Source: an uncultured Candidatus Binatia bacterium (GTDB lineage Bacteria; Desulfobacterota; Binatia; UBA9968; CAXXLF01). Taken from it: a stretch of DNA of 64,000 bases. Location: the NCBI GenBank assembly GCA_965218425.1, contig OZ244621.1:1824001-1888000 (forward strand). Direction: 5' to 3'. The translations under genes were made by a program, and so were the position numbers. Below are positions 29,534 through 40,214 of the stretch, one piece after another (position 1 is the first letter of the stretch; each line of letters begins with the position of its first letter). Below the pieces are notes generated by a model that saw only the letters and a list, made by a program, of their open reading frames with translations, did no database searches and had not been told where the DNA came from.

Positions 29534-31582
29534 ATGCCATCGAACAAGCTTATTCATGAGACCAGCCCCTATCTCCTGCAGCATGCACACAACCCCGTCC
29601 ATTGGTATCCCTGGGGGGACGAGGCCTTTGAGTTGGCGAGGAAAGAGAATAAGCCCGTCCTCCTCAGCATTGGCTATTCCGCCTGCCATTGGTGTCATGT
29701 CATGGAACATGAATCCTTTGAAAATGAAGAAATCGCCGCTTTGATGAACGAGCAATTTGTAAATATCAAGGTGGATCGTGAGGAGAGGCCCGACCTAGAC
29801 GAAATCTACATGAACGCGGTGCAGATGCTTACAGGTCGTGGCGGATGGCCCATGACCATGTTCCTTACACCGGAACGAAAGCCCTTTTTCGGCGGCACCT
29901 ACTTCCCGCCGCAAGACCGCCACGGTGTCCATGGGTTTCCGAAGGTGTTAAATGCTGTGGCCCAGGCCTTTCGCGAGAGACCCGACCAAGTAGCCAGGAG
30001 CGTCCAACAGATCATCGATGGCCTTAACCGGCTCAGCAATTTGACCGCGAGCGAGCGTTCTTTTTCCTTTGACACCGTGCTTGGAAGCGCCGAGGCTCTC
30101 TCCCAGTCATACGATCATGACCATGGCGGGCTTGGGCGAGCTCCCAAGTTTCCCAATGCGGGAGTTTTGGAGCTCTTTCTCCGACACCATAAACACTCGG
30201 GCGAACGCCGTTTCCTGGAAATGGTCACTCACACCCTGACCCGGATGGCCCAGGGAGGTGTCTATGACCATCTGGGGGGAGGTTTTCACCGTTACTCGGT
30301 GGACGAAAAATGGTTGGTGCCTCATTTTGAAAAGATGCTCTATGACAACGCCCAGCTTCTAGGCATTTATGCGGATGCCTTTCGTGTAACCGGCGATCCC
30401 CTCCTAAAGCAGGTGGTGGAAGAGACGGTGGATTATCTTTTGCGCGAAATGTTGCACCCAGAGGGTGGTTTTTATTCTACCCAGGATGCTGACAGTGAAG
30501 GGGAAGAGGGCAAGTATTTCGCGTGGGAGAGAGCGGAGGTGATGGCTATCCTTGGCGACGAGGAGGGTAAGATCTTTTGCCGGGTCTATGATGTCGGCGA
30601 GGTTGGGAATTTTGAGGGGAAAAACATCCTTCACCCCACGCTGTCATTGGAGCAGGCGGCAAGGTTGTTTAAGAAAGACCCTGCCGATGTCCATAGGATT
30701 TTGGAACAGTCCCGGGGGAAACTCCTTGGGATGCGAGAAAAGCGAGTGAAACCATTCCGTGATGAAAAGATATTAACCTCATGGAATGGGTTGATGCTTT
30801 CCGGGATTGCCGCGGCTTCTAAGGTCACGGACCATGGAAAGATGCGAGAGGCCGCAGAGGGAACCGTTGAATTTTTTTACAACAAGATGTTTCAAGGAGG
30901 GTTCCTTCTTCACACATACAAAGACGGTCAGGCCAAGCTCCGAGGTTATCTTGATGATTATGCCTTTTTCGCTTTAGGCCTATTGGACCTCTATGAGGCG
31001 CTCTACGAGGGAACCTTGTTACAGAGGGCCCAACGGCTGGCAGAGGTGATGATCCGGGAATTTTGGGACGATGACAATGGAGCTTTTTTCTATACGGGTC
31101 ACTCTCACGAACAACTCATCAGCCGCACCAAACCGGCCTTAGACGCTTCGGTGCCCTCAGGTAACTCGGTGGCGACGCAACTTCTGCTACGGCTCCATCA
31201 CTTTACGGGCAGAGAGGACTATTTGAACAAAGCGGAAAGGGTACTGCGTCTCTACTACGATGGAATGGAGAGCCAGCCCTTCGGTTTGACGGCCATGCTG
31301 TCCGCTTTGGATTTTTACGTGGAGGGACCAAAAGAGGTGGTCTTTGTGGGCGTGGCGCAGGACCAAGCCATGCGGGATTTGCTTGGGAAGTTCCAGTCCT
31401 TTTACCTCCCCAACAAGATCCTGCAGGTGGTGCAGCCTGGAAAGCCATTGGGAGAGATTTCCCCGCTACTGGAGGGCAAGACTCAGATTGATGGGAAGCC
31501 CACGGTCTATGTTTGCCAGCACTCCACCTGTTCCGCCCCCGTCACGGAATGGGAGCACCTTAAACGATTGATAGAAAGTTGA
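29534..31582 (+). CDS. Thioredoxin domain-containing protein (YyaL/SPATA20 family)
   Basis: [46 protein letters not shown]. Confidence 0.95.
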   Translation: MPSNKLIHETSPYLLQHAHNPVHWYPWGDEAFELARKENKPVLLSIGYSACHWCHVMEHESFENEEIAALMNEQFVNIKVDREERPDLDEIYMNAVQMLTGRGGWPMTMFLTPERKPFFGGTYFPPQDRHGVHGFPKVLNAVAQAFRERPDQVARSVQQIIDGLNRLSNLTASERSFSFDTVLGSAEALSQSYDHDHGGLGRAPKFPNAGVLELFLRHHKHSGERRFLEMVTHTLTRMAQGGVYDHLGGGFHRYSVDEKWLVPHFEKMLYDNAQLLGIYADAFRVTGDPLLKQVVEETVDYLLREMLHPEGGFYSTQDADSEGEEGKYFAWERAEVMAILGDEEGKIFCRVYDVGEVGNFEGKNILHPTLSLEQAARLFKKDPADVHRILEQSRGKLLGMREKRVKPFRDEKILTSWNGLMLSGIAAASKVTDHGKMREAAEGTVEFFYNKMFQGGFLLHTYKDGQAKLRGYLDDYAFFALGLLDLYEALYEGTLLQRAQRLAEVMIREFWDDDNGAFFYTGHSHEQLISRTKPALDASVPSGNSVATQLLLRLHHFTGREDYLNKAERVLRLYYDGMESQPFGLTAMLSALDFYVEGPKEVVFVGVAQDQAMRDLLGKFQSFYLPNKILQVVQPGKPLGEISPLLEGKTQIDGKPTVYVCQHSTCSAPVTEWEHLKRLIES

Positions 31583-31832
31583 GAATCCAGCTCATCCATC
31601 TCCATCCATAGGCTTCCAATTCAATACAGATTCGGGCCGTAAACTCGCGGATTCGATCGCGTCTGGACCGCCCATCATGGGCGCTGCCGTGGTCCTGATT
31701 GCACAAACTCCGGTTTCTTGACAAGAAGCGGGGAAAATGTTTTGGTTGCTTTCTCCGCCCGGCGCCTTCAGTGAATGAGCCGTGGGCGGAGGTTTTTTGT
31801 AGGGGAATAATACCAGCGGATGGGAGAGTTTC

Positions 31833-33293
31833 ATGGCTAGGATGTTTGTTGCGGGCGAGCTTCGGGATTCGAAAAGTGGTGAGGTCACCGAGATCAGAAA
31901 CCCCGCCACGGGTGAGGTGGTGGACGCCGTGCCGAAGGGAAACGCCCAGGATGTACGCGATGCGGTTGCCGCGGCCCACGAGGCCTTTAATGTTTGGTCG
32001 AGGATGTCCCCGGCAAAGCGCGGTGAATTGCTTCAGGAAACCGTTCGTTTAATAAGGGAAAACGAAAAGGAGCTCAGTTCCACCCTGACCAAAGAGCAGG
32101 GAAAACCCATTCGAGAATCTATACTGGAAATACGCCGATTTGCTCATACCCTGGAACATTACGCCGGCATGGCCAAGACTCTGCGAGGAGGCTATGTCAA
32201 CCTGGATGACGGTCGTTATGGATTCATACTAAAGAAACCCATGGGGGTCGTCGGGGCGATTGTCCCGTGGAACTTCCCTGTTTCTCTGATGGGTAACAAG
32301 GTGGGTCCAGCCCTGCTGGCGGGCAACACCATGGTCATAAAACCCGCGGGGAGCACTCCCTTGACGGCCAGTCGGTGCGTGGAGCTGATCCACCGGGCGG
32401 GGCTTCCCAAGGGTGTGATCAATATCGTTACTGGACCCGGTGGAGTCGTGGGAGAAGAGATCCTCCAGAATCCTAAGATTAGAAAAATAGGCTTTACGGG
32501 CGAGACCGGCACCGGCAGGCATGTCATGGAGGTGGCTTCCAAGGAGGTCAAGCGGGTAACCCTCGAACTTGGAGGAAGCGATCCCATGATCGTGTGTGAT
32601 GATGCGGACCTGGACAGGGCGGTGAGTGCCGCATCGGTGGGCCGCTTCTTCAATTGCGGTCAGGCCTGTCTTGCGGTGAAACGACTCTACCTATTTGAGA
32701 AGATCGCGGATACCTTCATGGAGCGATTGACGGAAAAGGTAAAGAAATTACGGATCGGTGACGGGGTCAAGCGCGAGACCCTGTTGGGACCGTTGCATAC
32801 CAAGGGACAAAGGGAAGAAGTGGAAGAAATGGTCGAAGACGCCGTCAAAAGAGGCGCCAAGGTTCTCACGGGAGGAAAGCGGCCGCAGGGTTCGGAGTTT
32901 GATAAGGGATTCTTTCTTCAGCCCACACTCCTGGCGGACGTGGATCCGGACGCGCGTATCGTTGTGGAAGAGTGCTTTGGGCCGGCGCTCCCCATCCTGC
33001 GAGTCAAGGATCTGGACCAGGCCATCACTCAGGCCAACCGTTCGATCTTTGGTCTTGGTTCGTCCGTTTGGACCAGGGATATCGATAAGGCCATGAGAGC
33101 GGCGGAGCAGATTGAGGCGGGATACACCTGGGTTAACTCCGCCCAGATTATTTATGACGAGTTACCCTTCGGGGGCGTCAAGCAGAGCGGCCTGGGTAAA
33201 GAGCATGGCAACGAAGCCATTGACTATTACACCGAAGCCAAGTCTATTGTGGTGGCGACAGAAAAGAAGTCTGAGGTGGTTGGCGGAGAATAA
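31833..33293 (+). CDS. Aldehyde dehydrogenase
   Basis: PWNFP, FTG, LELGG, GQAC, EECFGP, PFGGVKQSGLGKE. Confidence 0.96.
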   Translation: MARMFVAGELRDSKSGEVTEIRNPATGEVVDAVPKGNAQDVRDAVAAAHEAFNVWSRMSPAKRGELLQETVRLIRENEKELSSTLTKEQGKPIRESILEIRRFAHTLEHYAGMAKTLRGGYVNLDDGRYGFILKKPMGVVGAIVPWNFPVSLMGNKVGPALLAGNTMVIKPAGSTPLTASRCVELIHRAGLPKGVINIVTGPGGVVGEEILQNPKIRKIGFTGETGTGRHVMEVASKEVKRVTLELGGSDPMIVCDDADLDRAVSAASVGRFFNCGQACLAVKRLYLFEKIADTFMERLTEKVKKLRIGDGVKRETLLGPLHTKGQREEVEEMVEDAVKRGAKVLTGGKRPQGSEFDKGFFLQPTLLADVDPDARIVVEECFGPALPILRVKDLDQAITQANRSIFGLGSSVWTRDIDKAMRAAEQIEAGYTWVNSAQIIYDELPFGGVKQSGLGKEHGNEAIDYYTEAKSIVVATEKKSEVVGGE

Positions 33294-33313
33294 GAGAGTC
33301 TCCAAGCTGGGCA

Positions 33314-34861
33314 ATGAAAGTGGAACTACCCTCCATCTATAACGCCGCCACCACGTTTGTGGACGAGAACCTAGAACTCGGACGGGGAGGTAAGATTGCC
33401 ATCCACTATTTGGACCAACAACTCACCTACCAGGATCTATTTCAACGGGTCAACCAAGCCGGGAATGCCATTAAAGAACTCGGGGTGGGCGTTGGTGAGC
33501 GGGTGCTCATCGGTTTGCCTGACAGCCCGGAGTTCGCATTCGGGTTTTTTGGTGCCATCAAGACGGGTGCGGTTCCCATTCCAATCAATCCATGGATGAA
33601 GGCGCAGGACTACGAATATCTTCTTGAAGACAGCAGCGCGCCACTGATGATCATTCACGAATCGGTCATTCCTGACGTGGAGAAAATCTGGGATCGTCCA
33701 CGTCATCTGAAAAACGTCCTGGTGGTGGGCACCCCAAAAGGACGTGGCCTCTCCTATGAGTCCATGGTTGGTCGAGCCTCCACTGAACTCGCTGCGGAAC
33801 CGACCCACAGGGATGATATTGCCATGTGGCTTTACACATCGGGCAGCACCGGTTTCCCAAAGGGTGCCGTTCACCGCCACAGGGACATGATCACCATTAC
33901 GGATCTGTTTGTGAAGCCTGTCCTGGACATGAACGAAGACGACATCTGTTTTTCCGCCTCCAAGCTTTTTTTCGCATACGGCTTAGGCAATTCCCTCTAT
34001 TTCCCTTTTCGCTTTGGGGCATCCACGGTCCTGTGGCCGGATCGACCTGAACCGGAAAAGATCTTGCAGGCAATCGACAAATACCGGCCCACCTTTTTCT
34101 TCTCTGTGCCCACCCTCTATAGCAGGCTGCTTCGTGTGGAAAAGGAATACAATCTGGGATCTCTCAGGATCTGCCTGTCCTCCGGAGAGCCTCTGCCCCC
34201 GGCCCTTTTCCATCAGTGGAAAGAAAAGTTCGGACAAGAGTTATTGGATGTAGTGGGCTCGACTGAGGCCACCCATGATTTTCTGGCCAACCGTCCAGGT
34301 AAGGCAAAACCGGGCAGCAGCGGGCAGGTAACCCCGGCGTTCGAGGCTAAGATAATTGATGATGAAGGAAGAGAAGTCCCTGTGGGTGAAGTGGGGCATC
34401 TCATGGTGAAAGGTGACGCCACGGCCCCCTACTATTGGAATAAGGAAGAGCAGACGAAAAGGACCATGCAGGGGGACTGGCTCAAGACGGGGGATACCTA
34501 CTACCGGGACCAAGAGGGATACTTCTGGTACTGTGGGCGCTCCGACGACATGTTAAAAGTGGGAGGACTGTGGGTCTCTCCCATCGAAGTGGAAAACACC
34601 CTTATGGAGCATCCGTCGGTGCTGGAGGCTGCGGTTACCGGGGAAGCCGATCAGGATGGGTTGATCAAACCCAAGGCCTATGTGTTGTTGAAAAGCGAAT
34701 ATCAGGCGAGCGAACAGTTAAAGGAAGAGCTTCAATCCTTTGTTAAGAGCAAACTTGCCCCGTACAAGTATCCTCGTTGGCTTCAGTTCGTCGAAGAGCT
34801 GCCTAAAACGGTGACAGGAAAAATTCAGCGGTTTAAGTTGCGGGAGAAATCACAGTCATAA
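33314..34861 (+). CDS. Benzoate-CoA ligase family protein
   Basis: YNAA, WLYTSGSTGFPKGAVH, SKLFFAYGLGNSL, GSTE, RSDDMLKVGG, YKYPRW, GKIQRFKLR. Confidence 0.92.
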   Translation: MKVELPSIYNAATTFVDENLELGRGGKIAIHYLDQQLTYQDLFQRVNQAGNAIKELGVGVGERVLIGLPDSPEFAFGFFGAIKTGAVPIPINPWMKAQDYEYLLEDSSAPLMIIHESVIPDVEKIWDRPRHLKNVLVVGTPKGRGLSYESMVGRASTELAAEPTHRDDIAMWLYTSGSTGFPKGAVHRHRDMITITDLFVKPVLDMNEDDICFSASKLFFAYGLGNSLYFPFRFGASTVLWPDRPEPEKILQAIDKYRPTFFFSVPTLYSRLLRVEKEYNLGSLRICLSSGEPLPPALFHQWKEKFGQELLDVVGSTEATHDFLANRPGKAKPGSSGQVTPAFEAKIIDDEGREVPVGEVGHLMVKGDATAPYYWNKEEQTKRTMQGDWLKTGDTYYRDQEGYFWYCGRSDDMLKVGGLWVSPIEVENTLMEHPSVLEAAVTGEADQDGLIKPKAYVLLKSEYQASEQLKEELQSFVKSKLAPYKYPRWLQFVEELPKTVTGKIQRFKLREKSQS

Positions 34862-34876
34862 AAAAAGGTCAATGGG

Positions 34877-35575
34877 ATGAGCATCGATGAGCTTAAAGAG
34901 AAAGTCGCCTATTCATGCAATATCTTAGCCATCGAGGGCCACTGGGATCAGATCCTGGGCCATGTCTCGGCCCGGATTCCAGGCGAGCAGGCTTTTTTGA
35001 TGAAGCCCCACAGTTTCGGATTCGAGGAGATCCGCCCCTACCACCTAATCGTGTGTAACCTCGAAGGGGAGAAGATTCGTGGCGACTACATGCGACATTC
35101 AGAGGTTTTTATCCACTCGGAAATCTACAAGGCCAGACCCGATGTCAACTGTGTGGTTCACAGCCACCCCCCCTATGCCATCGCCTTTGGATCGCTACGC
35201 CAACCGCTGCGTCCCATCAGTCACGAAGGGAGTATTTTCCAGGACAACCTTCCATTATTCGATTATACGACCGCGTTGATTCGAACTCCTGAACTAGGCT
35301 CCAGAGTGGCAGAGTCAATAAGGAATTGCCGTGGTCTTCTCATGAAAAATCACGGATCCACCGTGGTGGGGGAATCGGTAGAGGTGGCAACCCTCTACGC
35401 CGTTTTCCTGGAGAAAGCGGCACGAATCCAGCTCTCAGCCATGGCGGCGGGGGAGCCAACGTGGAGCAGCGATGAAGAGGCAAAACTAAAATTCGAGCAG
35501 ATTTACCACCCCCAGCGTTTGTCTGCTATGTGGGATTATTTTGTCCGTCGCGCCAAGAGGGGGTCCATTGATTAG
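34877..35575 (+). CDS. Class II aldolase/adducin family protein
   Basis: GHVSAR, SEVFIHSEIYKARPDVNCVVHSHPP, LMKNHG. Confidence 0.92.
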   Translation: MSIDELKEKVAYSCNILAIEGHWDQILGHVSARIPGEQAFLMKPHSFGFEEIRPYHLIVCNLEGEKIRGDYMRHSEVFIHSEIYKARPDVNCVVHSHPPYAIAFGSLRQPLRPISHEGSIFQDNLPLFDYTTALIRTPELGSRVAESIRNCRGLLMKNHGSTVVGESVEVATLYAVFLEKAARIQLSAMAAGEPTWSSDEEAKLKFEQIYHPQRLSAMWDYFVRRAKRGSID

Positions 35576-35615
35576 GCAGGTTTAGGGCGAAAGCAATAAG
35601 CCGCACAGGTTTCCC

Positions 35616-36608
35616 ATGTCACAAAAACTCCACCTCACTCTAGCCACGGGTGACTACGAAATTGTTCGAGCCATTAAAGAGGGGATTGTCAGGCCGGATG
35701 GGATTGAACTCACTGTCCTGACCGATATGGACTCGCCAACGCGCCATTGGAGAATGGCGCGCAATCGCGAGTTCGACATCTGCGAGTTCTCCTGGTCCAC
35801 CTATCTGCTGGAAAAAGACAGAGGAACAGACCTAACCGCTATCCCGGTGTTTCTTCACCGGAGGTTCCGCCATGGTTTTGTCTTTATCAACACAAGTAAG
35901 GGAATTAAAAAGCCGACGGACCTAATCGGGCGCGCTGTGGGACTTAAAAACTTCCAGGCCACCGCCTTGGTTTGGATCCGGGGGATCTTGGAAGATGAGT
36001 TTCAGGTCCCATTCAAAGAGATTCAATGGAAGGCCGAACGGGACGAGGATGTGCCCTTTACGCCCCCACACGGGTTGAGCCTTGAGCGTACTCCTCCTGG
36101 CAAGAGAGTTGAAGACATGCTGGCCGAGGGCGAACTGGACGCCCTCATTCATCCAGATATCCCCTCGCAGATTTTAGACGGCGACCCGCGGGTACACCGC
36201 CTGTTTGAAAATCACAAAGAGCTTGAGATGGACTACTACAGGAAGACCGGGATCTTTCCTATTATGCACACGACGGTGATCAAGCAGGAGGTAGTTGACC
36301 GGTACCCTTGGGTTCCCATGAACATGCTCGTGGCCTTCGAGAAAGCCAAACAATGGGCCTATGGAAAAATGGAAAATCCCAGGCGGGTTGCCCTGGCCTG
36401 GTTCCGTGAGGCCCAGGAGGAACAGGAGAACGTCCTCGGTCGAGACCCCTGGATGTACGGTCTAGGGGAAACGAACTTGAATAACCTCGGCGCTTTGGTT
36501 AGGTACTCCCATCACCAGGGATTGATTTCCAAAGAGCCTGCCGTTAAGGACCTTTTCGATCCGTCCACCTGGGGCGACCAGTGGAGGCTTCCCACCTCGC
36601 GGGGCTAG
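35616..36608 (+). CDS. 4,5-dihydroxyphthalate decarboxylase-like / PBP-fold protein
   Basis: LTLATGDYE, AIPVFLHRRFRH, WIRGIL, GIFPIMH, DPWMYG, YSHHQGL. Confidence 0.8.
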   Translation: MSQKLHLTLATGDYEIVRAIKEGIVRPDGIELTVLTDMDSPTRHWRMARNREFDICEFSWSTYLLEKDRGTDLTAIPVFLHRRFRHGFVFINTSKGIKKPTDLIGRAVGLKNFQATALVWIRGILEDEFQVPFKEIQWKAERDEDVPFTPPHGLSLERTPPGKRVEDMLAEGELDALIHPDIPSQILDGDPRVHRLFENHKELEMDYYRKTGIFPIMHTTVIKQEVVDRYPWVPMNMLVAFEKAKQWAYGKMENPRRVALAWFREAQEEQENVLGRDPWMYGLGETNLNNLGALVRYSHHQGLISKEPAVKDLFDPSTWGDQWRLPTSRG

Positions 36609-36902
36609 GGGCAGGACTGACCTGATTCCATCATCCCGATCTAACAACCGTGGGTCTCCCCTGCACTCGATACGCCCTCAATATGTGGTTAAAAAACCAG
36701 CACCAAATGGCTGAAATTTAGCCAAGATCCGGTGCAGAATTGGCGGTCCTAGCCTGCGAACACGAGGAATCGAAACTTGGGGATGCCTGATCCCATAGTT
36801 TTAAACCCTTCCCCCTGACTATCACACCAAAAGAGGGATGACAGACTGGCCTGTGCCTGGATCTTCTTTCCCACAGATATGTTTTCCCTGTTGCGTCTGC
36901 GG

Positions 36903-36911
36903 TGTTATAAT
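36903..36911 (+). promoter_or_regulatory. Extended -10 element upstream of methyltransferase
   Basis: TGtTATAAT ~75 nt before ATG 36986. Confidence 0.45.
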
Positions 36912-36985
36912 GCGGTTCGATTACGGTGTCCCTGATAGGTTAGCGTGTAAGGAGACAGACGGCTGGTCCTAGAAAGCAGCAATAA

Positions 36986-39196
36986 ATGATTGAACAAAAT
37001 TTTGATATCCCGTTCATCGCTGACCTTGCTCTGCGTGAAAAGCAGATTCAGCAGAACTACAGGCCAATTATAGCCGTTCACAAATGGTTTGCACGGCGTC
37101 CCGCTACACTATTTCGCGGTTTGTTGCTCTCTGAGTTCCTCGATAAGCCTCTTGCCGAGGCATTTTATCAAGCCAACTGCCTACGAGGAATTAAAGTGGC
37201 TGATCCATTCATGGGTGGAGGCAGCCCGCTAATAGAGGCAAATAGACTAGGCTGTGATGTTAGCGGGTTCGACATTAACCCAATCTCCTATTGGATCGTG
37301 AAACAGGAGATCGAACATCTCGATTTGGACGCGTATGATCAAACGGCCAGCTCGTTAAAGGAGCAGGTCGAGAAAGATGTCGGGCATCTTTACCGGACCC
37401 GCTGTACTAATTGTGGAAGCAATAATGCGCACGTGAAGTATTTTCTCTGGGTGAAAACAATTCCTTGTCGGAAATGTAAGAAATCCATTGATTTATTTCC
37501 TGGTTATCTTCTGGCTTCGGACTCAAGACACCCAAAGAACGTTTTTTTATGTCAGGCATGTGGACAATTAACCGAAACGGCCGACCGAAACCGTCCAGGT
37601 CAATGCCAAAACTGTGGTGCTGGCATCTCAATAAAAGGGCCCGCCAAGCGAAACCACTGTCAATGTACCAATTGCGGCACAGTCAATTCATTTCCAAACA
37701 GGTTATTGGGAGCACCCCGGCATCGGCTATTCGCAATTGAATATTACTGCCTCTCTTGCAGAAAAAGACATGCCGGCAGGTTCTTCAAGGTACCTGATCC
37801 CAAGGACCTGGAAAAAGTGCAGGAGGCTGAAGCACGATCGGCGGGTATGCGAACGAAGTATGTGCCGATGGACGAGATTCCCTCCGGCGACGAAACAAAT
37901 CGACTCCACCGGTGGGGGTACAAAAGATACCGTGAGATGTTCAACGGCCGGCAACTCCTAGGTTTGGAGTTATCAGCACGGATAATCAGTCGGATGGATA
38001 ATGAACGTGTTCGGAACGCCATGGCCACGAATCTCTCAGACTTGCTGCGTTACCAGAACATGCTTTGCCGGTATGATACGATGGCGCTTAAGTCACTGGA
38101 TATTTTCTCAGTTCATGGATTCCCGGTGGGGCTCGTTCAGTGTGAGTCCAACTTGCTCGGCATTATCGATCCGAATAGACAGAGCTGTGTGGGTAGCGGT
38201 GGTTGGGCAAACATCATTGAGAAGTTCCGTAAGGCGAAAGAATATTGCGACTCCCCTTTCGAGATTAGACATCGAGGGACGAGAAAGGAGATTGTTCCGA
38301 TCCAAGGGGAATGGATCGGAGACAAACCCAACGGGAAGCACCAGGGTCAAAGACGCAAAGTTGCACTTTATTGCCGTGATGCCGCCACACTCCAAATGCC
38401 TTCTAACTCATTGGATGCAGTTTTTACCGATCCACCGTATTTTGGGAACGTGCAATATGCCGAGTTAATGGATTTCTGTTATGTGTGGCTGCGTCGCCTT
38501 GTTAAAAGCGAAGATGAAGTCTTCGCCAGTCCCTCAACTCGTAATCCGCAAGAGCTGACAGGAAACGAAGATATGGGTAGGAGACTTGATCACTTTGCAC
38601 AAGGCCTGTCGGCCGTTTTTCAGCAGACAGCAAAGGCGCTAAAACCCGGCGCGCCACTTGCTTTCACGTATCACCACAATGACCCGGAAGCATACCTTCC
38701 GGTTGCCGTGGCAATCCTTGACGCTGGTTTAACCTGCTCGGCGTCTCTGCCTTGCCCTGCAGAGATGGGAGCATCGATTCATATAAATGGAACAGGCTCT
38801 TCGATTATTGATACCGTTTTCGTATGCAGATCAACCGGGTCTGTTCCACGAAAATGGGTAGTGAATTCAGTGGATGGCATAGCACGACTTGTCGAAGAGG
38901 ATTTAGCAAAACTCCAGGCCGGGGATGTCAAGCCAACGATGGGAGACACAAGGTGTATCGCTCACGGCCATCTTATCCGAACGGCAATATGGAACCTTCG
39001 AGCGACTTGGGACAAGGACGCCGAAATTAGAAAGCGATTGTCAACGGTATCTTCCTGGCTTGCGAAATTTGGAGGATGGGGCGAAATCGAGGCCCGCCTT
39101 ACCAAAACTAAGGGTGCATCCTCTAATGGACCGTTATTCGCAGTGCGTGAAAAACCTAACGGATACAGGGTCTCCCATGCCGCAGTATCCTTTTGA
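36986..39196 (+). CDS. Amino-DNA methyltransferase with Zn-ribbon (DUF1156/COG1743-like)
   Basis: HKWFARRP, motif I DPFMGGGS, six CxxC pairs, motif IV TDPPY. Confidence 0.9.
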   Translation: MIEQNFDIPFIADLALREKQIQQNYRPIIAVHKWFARRPATLFRGLLLSEFLDKPLAEAFYQANCLRGIKVADPFMGGGSPLIEANRLGCDVSGFDINPISYWIVKQEIEHLDLDAYDQTASSLKEQVEKDVGHLYRTRCTNCGSNNAHVKYFLWVKTIPCRKCKKSIDLFPGYLLASDSRHPKNVFLCQACGQLTETADRNRPGQCQNCGAGISIKGPAKRNHCQCTNCGTVNSFPNRLLGAPRHRLFAIEYYCLSCRKRHAGRFFKVPDPKDLEKVQEAEARSAGMRTKYVPMDEIPSGDETNRLHRWGYKRYREMFNGRQLLGLELSARIISRMDNERVRNAMATNLSDLLRYQNMLCRYDTMALKSLDIFSVHGFPVGLVQCESNLLGIIDPNRQSCVGSGGWANIIEKFRKAKEYCDSPFEIRHRGTRKEIVPIQGEWIGDKPNGKHQGQRRKVALYCRDAATLQMPSNSLDAVFTDPPYFGNVQYAELMDFCYVWLRRLVKSEDEVFASPSTRNPQELTGNEDMGRRLDHFAQGLSAVFQQTAKALKPGAPLAFTYHHNDPEAYLPVAVAILDAGLTCSASLPCPAEMGASIHINGTGSSIIDTVFVCRSTGSVPRKWVVNSVDGIARLVEEDLAKLQAGDVKPTMGDTRCIAHGHLIRTAIWNLRATWDKDAEIRKRLSTVSSWLAKFGGWGEIEARLTKTKGASSNGPLFAVREKPNGYRVSHAAVSF

Positions 39197-40214
39197 AGTG
39201 CCCTTTTATCAAATACTGGCAGATACTGAATCGTACGTGGATGCCGTATTTTCATGCCTGGAATCCGAATTCCTTGTGATGCCAAAAGGGATAGGATTCG
39301 TTGAGTATCCCGTATTTGAAAGGGGATACGAGGCGTTAAAAGCTGCAACAAACGGGTTCTCCGGATTCGAGCCGGCAAAGGTCGTGCCGGTAACCTTATC
39401 AGAACCTATTGCTATTGTGGTTCTGCGCGCAATGCTCGGTTTGACACCGCCTGAATGGGGTTATCTCACCTCCCAACGAACCGGTGTAAGCGTAACCCAA
39501 GGGTTTGTTAGGTCCCTCGATAGAAAAGTTAGAATGTCCCCGAAAACACCGCTTAAGACCAACGGGGTAACCACAAAAAGGCTCGAAGCATTGGTGAAGA
39601 CCGCGTGTATTATGCTTGCCGAGGGTGTGCCGCAGGTTGAAGACAATCAACTGCACCGTTTGAACAAGGCCGACACGAGACGTGGGCTCGACAGCCTAAA
39701 GAATATAGCGTCGATGGGCGCACCCTATGCAATGGTGCTTTACGAGCGATTTCTTGGAAGGCCTTTCGCTGGACATCGGGATTCGGTAAGCGAATTGGTT
39801 GGTGATATCCTTGAATCGGCGATCGAAGATGTGTTGACGAAGGCTGGTATTAGCTTTCGTAAAACAAAGCGAGCCGAACGTATCGAGGGCTTCGATCAGA
39901 CTCCTGATTTCATCATCCCGAGTGAGTTTAACCCGCAGGTCGTAATCGAGGCCAAGATAACTGAGGACGACGGTACAGCGAGAGACAAGGTGACGCGCGT
40001 TCAGCATCTGGGTGAGTTGAGTCGTGCAGGTCGTCAGGAGGAAAATCCAAAATTTGAGGTCATCGCATGCATCGGCGGACGAGGCTTCGGTGTTCGCCGT
40101 GAGGACATGAAAAAGATGATCCTAGCTACCAGAGGCAAGGTTTTTACCGTAAAGACCTTGGGCCAACTCGTTGAACATACAGGCCTAAAAAGATTCAAGC
40201 GAAGTGACATGTAA
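39177..40214 (+). CDS. Putative PD-(D/E)xK restriction endonuclease
   Basis: LESAIE..TPDFIIP..VVIEAK..DGTARDK; start overlaps the MTase stop by 20 nt. Confidence 0.75.
   Translation: MPQYPFEVPFYQILADTESYVDAVFSCLESEFLVMPKGIGFVEYPVFERGYEALKAATNGFSGFEPAKVVPVTLSEPIAIVVLRAMLGLTPPEWGYLTSQRTGVSVTQGFVRSLDRKVRMSPKTPLKTNGVTTKRLEALVKTACIMLAEGVPQVEDNQLHRLNKADTRRGLDSLKNIASMGAPYAMVLYERFLGRPFAGHRDSVSELVGDILESAIEDVLTKAGISFRKTKRAERIEGFDQTPDFIIPSEFNPQVVIEAKITEDDGTARDKVTRVQHLGELSRAGRQEENPKFEVIACIGGRGFGVRREDMKKMILATRGKVFTVKTLGQLVEHTGLKRFKRSDM

Noticed and set aside
38925..39176. N-terminal extension of the nuclease ORF given in the track
   Set aside because: Lies wholly inside the MTase gene; ATG 39177 is the more plausible coupled start
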